The notes beneath the pieces were generated by a model that was not told where the DNA came from, ran no database searches, and saw only the letters and a program-made list of their open reading frames with translations. This document shows, in pieces, positions 1-12,599 of a stretch of 64,000 nucleotides of DNA. The stretch is from Eledone cirrhosa (taxonomy: Eukaryota), in NCBI GenBank assembly GCA_964016885.1, contig OZ024762.1:8680001-8744000 (forward strand), written 5' to 3'. The translations under genes were made by a program, and so were the position numbers. The first letter of the stretch is position 1; the number at the start of each line of letters is the position of its first letter.

Positions 1-19
1 CACACATATGCAAAAAGCC

Positions 20-200
20 AATGGAAACAACAAAGCAAACAACCCAGTACGATACAGAAACATATTAGTTTAATGCTTGATATAGTAAGAAAGGAGTTTT
101 TAAGTTTCGGACACTAGTCCTTCATCAAAAGATAGAATGAAAAATAAAAGATGAAATAGAAAGATAGAGAGTAAGTAGAGTAAGGAACAGAAAAAGAGAT
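20..200 (-). mobile_element. Short HHR-bearing element (CTGATGAAGGACTAG family); related copies 1020-1195(-), 61990-62140(+), fragments near 6725 and 18440
   Basis: Shared sequence between copies. Consensus core tcttCTGATGA-AGGAC-TAGT-GTCC-GAAACGTT-aaga; the copy at 101-131 has a C3 to T change. Confidence 0.65.
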
Positions 201-265
201 TTTTTTGAGAAAAAAACCTGTGTGTATTGAGTCAGTTATATATAAATACTTAAATATTCACTCAC

Positions 266-317
266 CACAACACCACTGCTGACCATTCCAAATGACAGGA
301 CTTTCCGAAGTTCAAAT
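266..317 (-). CDS. SLC37A3: SLC37A3-like coding exon 5 (FELRKVLSFGMVSSGVV); gene continues beyond the left edge
   Basis: Acceptor ctccttgtag, donor gtgagt, 52 nt, phase-compatible with exon 4. Matches LNLRWVLSFGMCSSALV. Confidence 0.92.
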
Positions 318-392
318 CTACAAGGAGGATATGAAGAATATATTTAAAAGAACAGTTAATTTACCCTTTAGTATTTAAACTGGCCATATATA

Positions 393-424
<32 letters not shown>

Positions 425-429
<5 letters not shown>

Positions 430-759
430 GTTAGAGCATTGGCCTTGCAATCGAAAGGTTGTGAGTTCAATTCTCAGACCGGGTCATGTGTTGTTTCCTT
501 GAGCAAGACACTTTATTTCACATTGCTCCAGTTTACTCAGCTGTAGAAATGAGATGTTAGAGACTGGGGTCCCTATCATTCCACTGCAAAGTGGTCGTGG
601 AGGTGCCACGTCAAAAAAGCACCCAGCACTCACTGTAAATGAGGTTGGTGTTAGGAAGGGCATCCAGCTGTAGAAATCAAGCCAGAATAGTTCCCGTCCC
701 ACCCTTGCAAGCAGGGAAAAAGCGGACGTATAATGAAATGATGAAATGATGAATGAATG
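425..759 (+). mobile_element. tRNA-derived SINE family A with RTE-like 3' tail, slightly 5'-truncated
   Basis: A-box-like TAGTGGTTAG, B-box-like GAGTTCAATTC, (ATG)n tail. Near-identical copies elsewhere in the window. Confidence 0.85.
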
Positions 760-1103
760 ATATATATATATATTTATTATTTTAAATCGAGACAAGCAAA
801 CCATATTATGTTAAATTAGTATTTTTCAACCTAGCTAACTTGGTCATTTGCAATTGGAAGACATGTATAATTATATCGGTGTTCATCCCTCTCATATATT
901 CATTTGTATTACACGGCTCGGAAATATTCCCTTCTTTGAGCTTTTTAATTGTAAAAGACTATTTCGAGTTTATAACTCAATATTTGATATATATATATGT
1001 ATATATATATATGTATGTAAAAGGTAAACAGAAATAACAACACAATCGGTACAGTATATGGAAGGTATATATTAGGTTAACGCTTGATATAGCAGGAAGA
1101 GGG

Positions 1104-1139
1104 TCTTAACGTTTCAGATGCTAGTCCTTCATCAGAAGA
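1104..1139 (-). ncRNA. Minimal type I hammerhead ribozyme motif
   Basis: tctt-CTGATGA-AGGACTAGCATCT-GAAACGTT-aaga. Stem I tctt/aaga, palindromic stem III ACGT, stem II partly decayed. Confidence 0.6.
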
Positions 1140-1212
1140 AAGAATGAGAAATAAAATAGATTGAGGAGACGGGCGGGATGGAGTTGGAAAAAATGTCTTT
1201 AGATAAAAATAA

Positions 1213-1377
1213 TTAAATCAACTCCAGTGCGTGACTGGTACTTTATTTTATCGACCCCGTTAGGATGAAAGGCAAAGTTAACCTCGGCGGGATTTGAACT
1301 CAGATCATAAAGGGCCGTAACTCTATGCTGCAAAGCATGGCGTCCGACCCTCTACCGATACTGCCAATCCACCGCTC
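1213..1377 (-). mobile_element. tRNA-derived SINE family B (GCCTTTCATCCT..GGGGTCGATAAA..AGTACCAG central domain)
   Basis: B box GAGTTCAAATCC. Copies at 26605-26700, 31023-31209, 32716-32850, 32962-33056, 36436-36627, 55925-56230, 56255-56398 and 63653-63870. Confidence 0.85.
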
Positions 1378-1467
1378 TGAAAATAAATAATAACATCATC
1401 AAAATCTCATAGATTCCATATTATGTGAGATAAAGGGTTGGTGAGGCTATTTAACCCATAGCTGGGT

Positions 1468-1610
1468 AAACTCATTTCTACAGCTGAGTGAACTGGAGCA
1501 ACGTGAAATAAAGTGTTTTGCTGAAGAACATCACGCAAAGCCTGGTCCAAGAATCAAACTCACAACCTCGGGATTGTAAGCACAACACTCTAACCACTAA
1601 GCCATTTGTC
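1468..1610 (-). mobile_element. Diverged SINE family A 5' half
   Basis: ctcatttctacagctgagtgaactggagcaacgtgaaataaagtg...taaccactaagcca matches family A. Confidence 0.75.
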
Positions 1611-1780
1611 TTCATAACATTACTCTATATTTACTATCATATTTTTGTGGTAAAGTGTATATATATATATGTAAGTATATATGTGTATGTATATATGTGT
1701 GGACCTATAGTAACTATTGATGGAATTTTAGGGGTCCCCTCATGACATACAAAACAAACAGGAAGTAGGATAATGCTTAC

Positions 1781-1812
1781 TTGTCTCCAAGGTAACCAGA
1801 CAGAAACAAACC
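1781..1812 (-). CDS. SLC37A3: SLC37A3-like coding exon 4 (GLFLSGYLGD+AA)
   Basis: Acceptor ctgatttcag, donor gtaagc, 32 nt. Encodes the start of MFS motif A (GxxxD[RK]). Confidence 0.9.
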
Positions 1813-1989
1813 CTGAAATCAGATGAAAGTGAGACAAAGATTTAGATGAAAGAAGATGAAAAATGAAATGGAAATTAAATGAAAATGAGATGAAAATGAT
1901 ATAAATAGTAAAACTACTACTACTACTACTGCTGCTGCTACTACAATCACCACCACCTTAATAATAATAATAACAATTACATAATATTG

Positions 1990-2250
1990 CCAATCCACCA
2001 CCCCCAAAAATGCCTTCTAAAAGATGTATCAATTCTCACAGATGATAATATATCTTCCAAGGAAATAGAGAAACTCTCCAAATATAAAGATCTAGAGATA
2101 GAAACTCAAATGTGGAAAATGAAAACAGAAACAATACCTATAATGTGTGCTAGGATTGATAAAAAAAAAATACCCAGACAAATACATAGCCCAAACCCCA
2201 GGACTTACAAATATATACAGCATACTAAAGATAGCACTACTAGGTACTGT
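1990..2250 (+). mobile_element. R4/Dong-like non-LTR retrotransposon C-terminal restriction-like endonuclease fragment
   Basis: CLLKDVSILTDDNISSKEIEKLSKYKDLEIE..MWKMKTETIPI fits the D...KxxKYxxL RLE pattern. Preceded by (TAA)n. Confidence 0.7.
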
Positions 2251-2958
2251 ATATATATTATATAGAGTACCACAGGACTTACAAATATATACAGCATACT
2301 AAAGATAGCACTACTAGGTACTGTATATATATTATATAGAGTACCACAGGACTTACAAATATATACAGCATACTAAAGATAGCACTACTAGGTACTGTAT
2401 ATATATTATATAGAGTACCACAGGACTTACAAATATATACAGCATACTAAAGATAGCACTACTAGGTACTGTATATATATTATATAGAGTACCACAGGAC
2501 TTACAAATATATACAGCATACTAAAGATAGCACTACTAGGTACTGTATATATATTATATAGAGTACCACAGGACTTACAAATATATACAGCATACTAAAG
2601 ATAGCACTACTAGGTACTGTATATATATTATATAGAGTACCACAGGACTTACAAATATATACAGCATACTAAAGATAGCACTACAAGGTACTGTATATAT
2701 ATTATATAGAGTACCACAGGACTTACAAATATATACAACATACTAAAGATAGCACTACAAGGTACTGTATATATATTATATAGAGTACCACAGGACTTAC
2801 AAATATATACAGCATACTAAAGATAGCACTACAAGGTACTGTATATATATTATATAGAGTACCACAGGACTTACAAATATATACAGCATACTAAAGATAG
2901 CACTACAAGGTACTGTATATATATTATATAGAGTACCACAGGACTTACAAATATATAT
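2199..2958. repeat. 74-bp minisatellite, about 10 copies, derived from the end of the R4/Dong-like ORF
   Basis: ggacttacaa recurs at 2201, 2275, 2349 ... 2941. Confidence 0.95.
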
Positions 2959-3210
2959 ACATATATATATACATATACACACATATATATATATATATAC
3001 ACCCATGCAAGCGTGGAACATGGATGTTAAACGATGATGATGATGATACATATGTATATATACATATTTACACATTTTTGGATGCCTGTTGAGTTCTTCC
3101 GCCCTTTGTCAGGTTTTGTTTTTTGTCCTGCAGGGTGTCCAAAATCACCCTCCTCACCAAGTAAACTTGCATATAAATGTATGCATATGCACATACACAC
3201 ATATATACAC

Positions 3211-3242
<32 letters not shown>

Positions 3243-3549
3243 GCATATACACATGCATATACACACACATACACACTCGCACACAACACACGCACATATG
3301 CGTCGGCACGACAAAAAAAACACACAGTCCACGCTGTAATGTGGCCGTGTAGGTAACACGGTAAAAACTTCTCAGTCCAAGGACACTTTAAGTTCTAACA
3401 AAGTTATCAGCCCCACCACAACAAGGTGGAATACGATATACATATCCACTACCCTTACTCCACCCTCCCACTCCCACCAACACCACCCTTTCTCTGTAAA
3501 GTTATGTTGGTACCACAACATCCAGTCCAAAATAAATGAGGTCGTGTAG

Positions 3550-3789
3550 GTGTCACGACAAAAAATAAACACAGTCCACGCTGTAATGTGGCCGTGTAGG
3601 TAACTCGGTAAAAAGCTCCCAGTCCACACTGTAAACGTGGTTGGTGTTAGGAAGGGCATCCAGCTGTAGAAAACCCGCCAGACAGTCCTATGCGAGCGAG
3701 ACACGGTCACCCGACCAATCTCGCCTCAAGCGGGACAATTCCCGTCTAAACCCATGCTAGCGTGGAAGATAGACGTTAAATGATGATGA

Positions 3790-3826
<37 letters not shown>
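3550..3826 (+). mobile_element. SINE 3' half with RTE-type tail (related to family A); partial duplicate at 3308-3378
   Basis: gttggtgttaggaagggcatccagctgtagaaa...cccatgctagcgtggaagatagacgttaaatg(atg)n. Confidence 0.7.
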
Positions 3827-3871
3827 TATGGAAAAAATTGTAATAGTAGGAAAAAGTGAGAATTTACTGAC

Positions 3872-3961
3872 CAAAGAATAGGAGACCATGAAACTCGTAT
3901 CCATGTAACCAAGGAAAATATCTGCATCTTTTCTGTCATGGACACGGCGACTGTTCCATGT
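3872..3961 (-). CDS. SLC37A3: SLC37A3-like coding exon 3 (TWNSRRVHDRKDADIFLGYMDTSFMVSYSL)
   Basis: Acceptor ctattccag, donor gtcagt, 90 nt, phase 0/0. Matches FLGTLDTIFLFSYAV. Confidence 0.92.
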
Positions 3962-4135
3962 CTGGAATAGACAAATAAAACATTTAGATTTACATAGTGA
4001 GGGGTAGCAGGGGTGGTGTGGGGTAGGGGGTTAGATCTTAGTGGGTGGTTGTCGTGGAGGTGTTAGATCAGTCTTAGTGGGTGGGGGGGGGGGTTCAGAT
4101 AAAAGTAAAATATATATATGTATATATACGTACAT

Positions 4136-4478
4136 GGAGGCACATGGCTTAGTGGTTACAGCATTGGCCTTGCAATCGAAAGGTTGTGAGTTCAATTCTC
4201 AGACCGGGTGATGTGTTGTTTCCTTGAGCAAGACACTTTATTTCACATTGCTCCAGTTTACTCAGCTGTAGAAATGAGATGATAGAGACTGGGGTCCCTA
4301 TCATTCCACTGCAAAGTGGTCGTGGAGGTGGCACGGCAAAAAAAGCAGCCAGCACTCACTGTAAATGAGGTTGGTGTTAGGAAGGGCATCCAGCTGTAGA
4401 AATCAAGCCAGAATCAGTTCCCGTCCCACCCTTGCAAGCAGGGAAAAGTGGACGTAAAATGATGATGATGATGATGAT
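4136..4478 (+). mobile_element. Full-length SINE family A
   Basis: ggaggcacatggcttagtgg head, B box, RTE-like tail plus (ATG)n. Confidence 0.9.
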
Positions 4479-4537
4479 ATAACAATATAGAAAAAGACAT
4501 GTGTACATACATATACACACTTTCAGATAAAAGTAAA

Positions 4538-4570
<33 letters not shown>

Positions 4571-4898
4571 CACATAAAAAAAAAAATATATATATGTATA
4601 TGTGTATATATATACACATATACATATATATATATATTTTACTTTTATCTGAAAGTGTGGATACACACTTTCAGATAAAAGTAAAATATATATATATATA
4701 TACACATATACATATATATATATATTTTACTTTTATCTGAAAGTGTGTATCCACACTTTCAGATAAAAGTAAAATATATATATATATGTATATGTGTATA
4801 TATATACACATATACATATATATATATATATTTTACTTTTATCTGAAAGTGTGTATGTGTGTGTATATGTATGTACACATGTCTTTTTCTATATTGTT

Positions 4899-5526
<628 letters not shown>

Positions 5527-5689
5527 AAGGCCAGTGGTGACTGCTGACTGGAAATATGTCTAGAGTGGCAACACCCCCCCAATGACTAACTGAACTAGTT
5601 GTAAGGGAAATTGATGATGATGATGAGGATGGCGGCGGTGGTGGTAGTGTACACTATCATCTTTAATGTGTCTAGGGGCTCAAAAAATG

Positions 5690-5955
5690 ACCGAATCCAC
5701 CCCTTTTGACTGGAATTCTTGATCTCAATCCAAAGTCTTGAAATCCCTCGTGGAGAAGGAGCCCCTCCTTGGACTCCTTCCGCTGACTTCTGTTCCTTGC
5801 TGATCTTGGATATGAGGGTCCCATGTGGTTGGTGAGGTTATCTCGCCATCTTGTCCTTGGACGTCCTTCTGATCTTGTCCATTTTCTTGGTGTCCGCTCT
5901 GTCATTCTGATCGTCCATCTGTTGTCACTGAGTTGCCAGATGTGGCCCAGCCTAA
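5690..5955 (-). mobile_element. Degenerate RTE-clade LINE 3' fragment
   Basis: LGHIWQLSDNRWTIRMTERTPRKWTRSEGRPRTRWRDNL matches the RTE C-terminal GH.....R..GRP..RW.D motif. Confidence 0.75.
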
Positions 5956-6113
5956 CAACTGGTTGCAGGGAATGTATTCAAGACAAACAAACACGGATAG
6001 GATGATCACATCTGGCCACATCTGACCACATCTTGACTGGATTTAACAGAAATTAAATAAAAAGCAGAAGAAAAGATATATATAAACATATATGAAAACA
6101 AACAGAGCCTTAC

Positions 6114-6237
6114 TTCATTGGGTAAATACTGGAGATGGGTTTTGTTGGACTCAAAATAACCCTCAGGGGTCCATTCTGCGGAGATTGAAGATTTGACATT
6201 GCTGAGGGTTTTGCGAGTGGCATGGAAAAATGAATAA
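6114..6237 (-). CDS. SLC37A3: SLC37A3-like coding exon 2 (YSFFHATRKTLSNVKSSISAEWTPEGYFESNKTHLQYLPNE)
   Basis: Acceptor ttgtttttcag, donor gtaagg, 124 nt. Matches the recalled SLC37A3 segment SYSLLHASRKTFSNVKVSISEQWTP. Confidence 0.93.
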
Positions 6238-6342
6238 CTGAAAAACAAGAAGGAAATATTTCTTAGAACAACAATCTATCTTTCTGTTGTTTATTCTACT
6301 TTCCTGTGTTACCCCTATTCTGAATATACATATATGTATATA

Positions 6343-6414
<72 letters not shown>

Positions 6415-6415
6415 G

Positions 6416-6645
6416 ATAGTTGAAAATTGCAAACTTGACTGTCACCACACATTATGAACCTGAAGATTGCGAAAGCATAAAAGTACTTGTTCAATTAACA
6501 CTTAACATTTAATATTCTGCCATACTATTTCATTCTAATACCATTATAAATTTTAAAGGATTGTAAATAAAACGAGTAAATCAGACAAAGTTGGAATTCC
6601 TTTTATTAATATAATCTTCTATACACAATCATACACACCTGTGTA
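6416..6645 (+). mobile_element. HHR-bearing element (same family as 60459-60885), core at 6455-6493
   Basis: tgaac-CTGAAGA-T-TGC-GAAA-GCA-T-AAAAGTACTT-gttca (G12 to A in this copy). Flanked by (TA)n. Confidence 0.7.
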
Positions 6646-6788
6646 TATTTATCTATCTATATATATATATATATATGAATGTGTGTGTATATATATATAT
6701 ATGTATATATGTGTATGTATGTAAACGGTAAACAGAAATAACAACACAATCGGTGCAGTATATGGAAGGAATATATTAGGTTAACGCT

Positions 6789-7052
6789 TGTCCACACCAT
6801 CGCAGTCTTCTCTCCTGCACACTACAGTTTAATCCTCTTATACACAGTTTCACTCTCACCACCTCCATCCATGTTTTTAGTGGTCTTCCTTCTACTGGCA
6901 TTTCTTGGGACTTCTTTACCCAGTGGTCATCCTCCATGCGCACCACATGTCCATACCATCGCAGTCTTCTCTTCCCCACACTAAAGTTTAATCCTCTTAT
7001 AAACAGTTTCTCTCTCAACTCGTCTATGCTTGCTCGTTCATGCACATTGACA
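6789..7052 (-). mobile_element. Rearranged RTE LINE fragments
   Basis: RRLRWYGHVVRMEDDHWVKK; partial duplicates of 7170-7960. Confidence 0.8.
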
Positions 7053-7169
7053 TATATATATATATGTATAAACACACATATATATATATACACACACTTT
7101 CATGGATATAAATGTGTCTAATCTTTCTCTCTCCCTCACACACAGACACACATTATATATATATATATA

Positions 7170-7958
7170 TATCATCATCATCATCATTTTACGTCCGCTT
7201 TTCCCTGCTTGCAAGGGTGGGACGGGTCTTATTCAGCACAGCATCTCTCCACTCATCACGGTCCCTCATCATCTCCACCGTGAGCTTCAATGATCTGAGG
7301 TCTGTTCTCACCACCTCCGCCCATGTTTTTCGTGGTCTACCTCTACCACGTCTTCCTTCAACTGGCAATTCCTGGCACTTCTTCACCCATCGGTCATCCT
7401 CCATGCGCATCACATGTCCATACCACCTCAGTCTCCTCTCACGTACACTACATTCTATCCCTCTCACACACAGTTTCTCTCTCAACACATTTATGCTGGG
7501 TCGTTCACGCACATTTACACTGCACATCCAACAGAGCATGCTTGCCTATCCTCTGCGGTTGCTGCCCATGTCTCACTACCATGCAGCATCGCGCTCCTCA
7601 CACAGGCATCATACAACCGGCCTTTCGTACGCAGGGAGAAACCCTTCTTCGTCAACAGAGGAAGCAGCTCCCTAAACTTCTTCCAACCCGTCCTTATTCT
7701 AGATACTATGGCCTCGGAACACCCTCCTCCCATGCTAATCTGATCTCCTAGGTACCGGAAGCTATCCACCACTTCTATAGCGCCCTCTCGCATTTGAAAA
7801 ATGTGTCTATCAATGCGACTTCTACTGTCTAATTTCCCTGTACATCTACTGCATACATATTTCTCCCTCCCTGTTAGTTTGCCTGCTATCCCGCTACATC
7901 TCTTGTGTACCCAGGATCTGCATTGTGTGCATTTTATAGAATTTATGCCAGTTCCTGG
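7170..7958 (-). mobile_element. 5'-truncated RTE-clade LINE with intact 3' end
   Basis: FRYLGDQIS, LYDACVRSAMLHGSETWA and RRLRWYGHVMRM...GRPRKTWAEVV motifs, a Cys-rich PHD-like segment, and an (ATG)n tail. Confidence 0.9.
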
Positions 7959-8064
7959 CATAAATATATATAATTTATTTATAGACACACACACACACAT
8001 ATAAATATATATATATATAGATTATATGTATGTGTCTGTGAACTTACTCTCTGGCTGTCTATCT

Positions 8065-8101
<37 letters not shown>

Positions 8102-8249
8102 CCTCACACTTCCTATATACTTTATTTCTCTCTCTCACTGTCTCTCGTTCTCTTTGACACTCTCTCTCTTTCTCTCTCTGACTCACTTACACACCCATAA
8201 AGTGACAAACACAGACTTGTCACACTTGTTCCACTTAAAACAGTGGAAA

Positions 8250-8305
<56 letters not shown>

Positions 8306-8351
8306 TTTCTAGTTTTAAGTGGACCTATATATATATATATATATATATATA

Positions 8352-8509
8352 AAGAAGGAAATGTGGTAAGGAACCAGGTGAACCATAATGCACCAAAGTA
8401 CTCAATACTTAGGGTAGTAGAGTGGGTAATAGGAACAAGTAAGACCCCGACGGCTGAGCTTAAGCCGTTTCGAAACGGCTTGAGCTCAGCCGTCGGGGTC
8501 TTACTTGTT

Positions 8510-8513
<4 letters not shown>
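8352..8513. mobile_element. Half-hammerhead element (GAAACGGCTTGAGCTCAGCCGTC family) in head-to-head fold-back form
   Basis: Copies at 17226-17420, 17716-17925, 29503-29662, 30218-30342, 32403-32454, 45178-45372, 46857-47062, 48432-48617, 56458-56545 and 63438-63522, all bounded by (TA)n on at least one side. Confidence 0.8.
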
Positions 8514-8543
<30 letters not shown>

Positions 8544-8546
<3 letters not shown>

Positions 8547-9028
8547 AAATAAATAAGTCAAATGTTTAAAATTTGGCTTCGTTTATTACTGCTATATATA
8601 TTTCGGTGACAGCCATCTTTGGCTGTGACCTCTTCAGGCAGTGCGAATTAGTGTGGTAGAGACGAGTACACATGTTGTTGAGGTGTTTAACTTTGTCAAT
8701 ACTCTGATATGCCCAGTTCCTGGTTGGGTTGTTGTTTCATTGAGGAACTGGAATCATATGATCAGAGTATTGACAAAGTTATACACCTCAACAACATGTG
8801 TACTCGTCTCTACCACACTAATTCGGACTGCCTGAAGAGGTCACAGCCAAAGATGGTTGTCACCGAAATATATTTAGCAGTAATAAACGAAGCCAAATTT
8901 TAAACATTTGACTTATTTATTTTATTTTACATTACTCCGGAGTAACCAAACCAACCTGCGCACTTCGTCGAGTGCTCCAATCTGCATACTGAGGTGTTGG
9001 TATACAACCAACATATACTCAAAATTTA
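8544..9028. mobile_element. Head-to-head inverted HHR element; cores at 8589-8641(-) and 8828-8880(+)
   Basis: actgc-CTGAAGA-GGTCACAGCC-AAAGAT-GGCTGTCACC-GAAATATATATA-gcagt, with all core nucleotides and three stems present. A third copy lies at 38487-38710. Confidence 0.85.
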
Positions 9029-9424
9029 TATATATATATATATATATATATTGGTCCACATATATATAAATTGGTCCACTTAAAACATATAATATTTAAT
9101 ATAGAAATGGCTTCTACAGGACTAGAACTGTTTCATGCAACAGTATAAACTCGACTATGTATTGAGTACCTTACTTACTGTGGTTACCCCCGATGGAACC
9201 CAAGACACACACACACATATATACACACATATTTATATATATGAGATGGCAACAGCTGAAAGAGAGACAGACAGACAGACACACACACACACACACACGC
9301 ATATATATATATTTCATTCAAAGTTATAGATGTCATGTTTGAGATAATCTCAAACATGTGTCTTATCTCCGAAATTAATCTGAAAGAATAAATCCGAGCA
9401 TTTAATCATTACAAAATAGTGAAT

Positions 9425-9463
<39 letters not shown>

Positions 9464-9467
<4 letters not shown>

Positions 9468-9850
9468 TCATCATCATCATTTTACGTCCGCTTTTCCTGT
9501 TTGCAAGGGTTGGACGGGAACTGATTCTGGCTTGATTTCTATAGCTGGATGCCCTTCCTAACACCAACCTCATTTACAGTGAGTGCTGGGTGCTTTTTTT
9601 TCCGTGGCGCCTACACATCCATTTTACAGTGTGGGCTGGGTGCTTTTTTGCCATGGCACCTCCACGACCACTTTGCAGTGGAATGATAGGGACCCCAGTC
9701 CTATCATCTCATTTCTACAGCTGAGTAAACTGGAGCAATGTGAAATAAAGTGTCTTGCTCAAAGAAACAACACATCACTCGGTCCGAGAATTGAACTCAC
9801 AACCTTTCGATTGCAAGCCCAATGCTCTAACCACTAAGCCGTGCGCCTCC
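9464..9850 (-). mobile_element. Full-length SINE family A with internal ~48-bp duplication
   Basis: Head ggaggcgcacggcttagtgg at 9850; the tttacagtg..gctgggtgctttttt segment is duplicated. Confidence 0.9.
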
Positions 9851-9856
9851 ATAAGT

Positions 9857-9937
9857 AAACGCTTACAGCAACTAGGGTTCCCAAGCGGTCACCCATCTAA
9901 CTACTAACTAGGCCCGCAGTTGCTTAACTTCGGTGAT
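9857..9937 (-). pseudogene. 5'-truncated 5S rRNA-derived sequence
   Basis: Minus strand reads ATCACCGAAGTTAAGCAACTGCGGGCCTAGTTAGTAGTTAGATGGGTGACCGCTTGGGAACCCTAGTTGCTGTAAGCGTTT, recognisably the 3' two-thirds of metazoan 5S (box A, IE, box C). Confidence 0.85.
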
Positions 9938-9944
9938 ACATATT

Positions 9945-10210
9945 TACATTAATTTCAGTTTATTTTGATCATGCTTTATTTTTATTTTTATCTTTATTTG
10001 TTATTTTTTCATTCGCACCGTTTCCTTTCGCTATATGTCTCTCCACCACTCCCCTACACACCTTTTGAACTCTGTTCCCACACACTTCTCACCTGAGGAA
10101 GGGCTTATGCCCGAAACGTCGTCCCCCACCTACACCCCACTCTCCTGAGCGTGAAATTAATAAACATTTATTGTACTGCCTCTCTGTTTTGTCCCTGTTC
10201 AAATTTTTCC

Positions 10211-10213
<3 letters not shown>
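9945..10213 (+). mobile_element. HHR-bearing pLTR-like element (CTGAGGAAGGGCTTATGCCCGAAACGTC family); copies 47893-48200(-) and 56610-56820(+)
   Basis: CTGANGA-A-GGGC-TTAT-GCCC-GAAACGTC core at 10093-10120, AATAAA downstream, ends in (TA)n. Stem I is weak. Confidence 0.7.
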
Positions 10214-10258
<45 letters not shown>

Positions 10259-10606
10259 GATATACATGTAAAAAAAGTTTTATCAGGTATTTATATTCTA
10301 AATTTTTGTTAAATTATAATATAATACTGCAATGAACCATGTGTTCGTACATTCTATACAGATTGTCTCCTGTTAAAATTTGATTATAAAAACTTATTAT
10401 ACATTTATATCATTAGATAGATATATATATATGTATGTATATATGTCATTTACAATTTTGTAATGATATATTTAATATAGAAATGGCATCTACAGGACTA
10501 GATCTGTTTCATTCGGGAAAATGAATATATATACATATATAGACATATATATATACACACACACATATATATATATATAACCCACACAACTTAATTTTGA
10601 AATCAA

Positions 10607-10664
<58 letters not shown>

Positions 10665-11525
10665 TATGTGTGTGTGTATGTATATATGTCTATATAAAGA
10701 GTAAGCGAAAAAGAGGGAAAGGGGGAAGGGAGGGAGAGAAGAAAAAAGGAAACTTTAAGTATGACATGTTCCCTATCTCACCCAATAGTAACCCCCACTT
10801 CCCAAAGCATTCCCCCTTCATCCACCCCCACCCAATCCCGCCTCTGCCCAAATATGTAAAAAGTCTCAAAGTCACATGGTAAAGTGATTATTTACCCCCC
10901 CCCCCCCCCCCGCCACTGCCATACCACTGCTATTCTCCATGACACTATTCATTGTAAAGGTCACGGAGTCACATGGTATGACAGAGTGACACATGACATA
11001 GTACACTGTCATGGGATGACACACCTCATCATCATCATCATCATCATCATCGTTTAACGTCCATCTTCCACACTTGCATGGGTTTATGTATGTATATGTA
11101 TGTATATATATATGTATATATAAATATAAATTATCGAGAATTGCATTTCGGCCCACGAAATAACGAAAAACAACCCCCCAGATGTGTGCCAAGTGCTCAA
11201 TGATCCAGATGAACCAGAGCTATAACAGACGTTAAAGGGCAAACACACTGAGACGATGGTTAAACAATCATTCGCATATATATATATATATATATATATT
11301 TCGTTTCTGAATTTGTTTAGCAAGATTCTTTATCTGAAAACGTGACCCTCCCAAAGCATAACAATATATATATATATATACACACACATATATATATATT
11401 TATGTATATATATGTGTACATATACATACATACATCAAATGGAACAAAACCGTCTAACCCATGCTAGCGTGGAAGATGGCAGTTAAACGATGATGATGAT
11501 AAATATATATATATCTATACACATT

Positions 11526-11577
<52 letters not shown>

Positions 11578-11756
11578 TACATATACACACATATATACAT
11601 ACATACATATAAAATTAGAACTTTATTTCTCTCCCTAGCACAGCTGATACATAAATGTAAGTATGCATATGTACACACACACACATAACATGGGCGCACA
11701 CATGTACACACACACACATACATGTACACACACACACATACACACACACACACACA

Positions 11757-11920
11757 AAACATGGGCGGAGGTGGTGAGAGCAGACCTCAGATCGCTGAAA
11801 CTCACGGAGGAGATGACGAAGGACCGTGACGGGTGGAGAGATGCTGTGCTGAATAGGACCCATCCAACCCTTGCAAGCAGGGAAAAGCGGATGTAAAATG
11901 ATGATGAAGATGATGATGAT
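11757..11920 (+). mobile_element. RTE LINE extreme 3' end
   Basis: KTWAEVVRADLRSLKLTEEM plus tail, homologous to 7170-7330. Confidence 0.85.
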
Positions 11921-11954
11921 ATACACACACACACATATATATACATATACACAA

Positions 11955-12065
11955 GATTTATAAAACCATATTTATTCTATTATATATATTTCAAGGCTAC
12001 CAAAACTTTGGTACGTTCTCATCAGATAAAATACAAAGTTAGTTTTATAAATATTGACATACCCA
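11955..12065 (-). mobile_element. HHR-bearing element (ttttatCTGATGA family); relatives at 13325-13390(+), 26142-26255(-), 29680-29815(-), 30030-30175(+), 33120-33265(+), 37850-37950(+) and 45742-45842(+, deleted)
   Basis: Best copy 33157-33218: ttttat-CTGATGA-AAG..CCAA..TTGG..CTT-GAAATATATATA-ataaaa, with 6-bp stem I and palindromic stem III. Confidence 0.8.
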
Positions 12066-12081
12066 GGATTCAGACCTTAAC

Positions 12082-12235
12082 GGGCCTCCAATTTCATATA
12101 GCTTAGGGTCTAAGCAGGTGAGAGTCCGGCCCTGTGAGTGTGTATATATATGCATATATACATATATGCATATCATCATCATCATCATCACCGTTTTACG
12201 TCCGTTCTTCCACGCTAGCATGGGTTAGACATATA

Positions 12236-12287
<52 letters not shown>

Positions 12288-12342
12288 CACAGGGCTGGAC
12301 TTTCACCTGCTGAGACCCTAAGCTATATGAAATTAGAGCCCC
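12082..12342. repeat. Inverted pair of MITE-like termini (cagggccggact...) around a microsatellite and LINE-tail spacer
   Basis: 12082-12140 is the reverse complement of 12284-12342 with a few mismatches. Confidence 0.65.
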
Positions 12343-12599
12343 TTCTCTAAAAAAATGTTAACAATTATACATGGAAGGGGCTAAAAGAACTAAAACTGTT
12401 CTCCTTGGAAGAAAGGCGGAGAAGGTACACAATGATATACATATGGAAGATCATCCAACAAAGCCTCACCAAGAGGACTGCCATGATGAAAGAGATGAGC
12501 TACTGAGAGAGGCTAAAAGAACTGAACCTCTACTCCTTGGAATGAAGGCGAACCAGGTACATAGTGATATACATATGGAAGATCCTGGAAGGACTAGCA

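Noticed and set aside
4136-4210. tRNA gene
   Set aside because: A/B boxes are present but continue into a SINE body and tail in multiple copies; no convincing cloverleaf.
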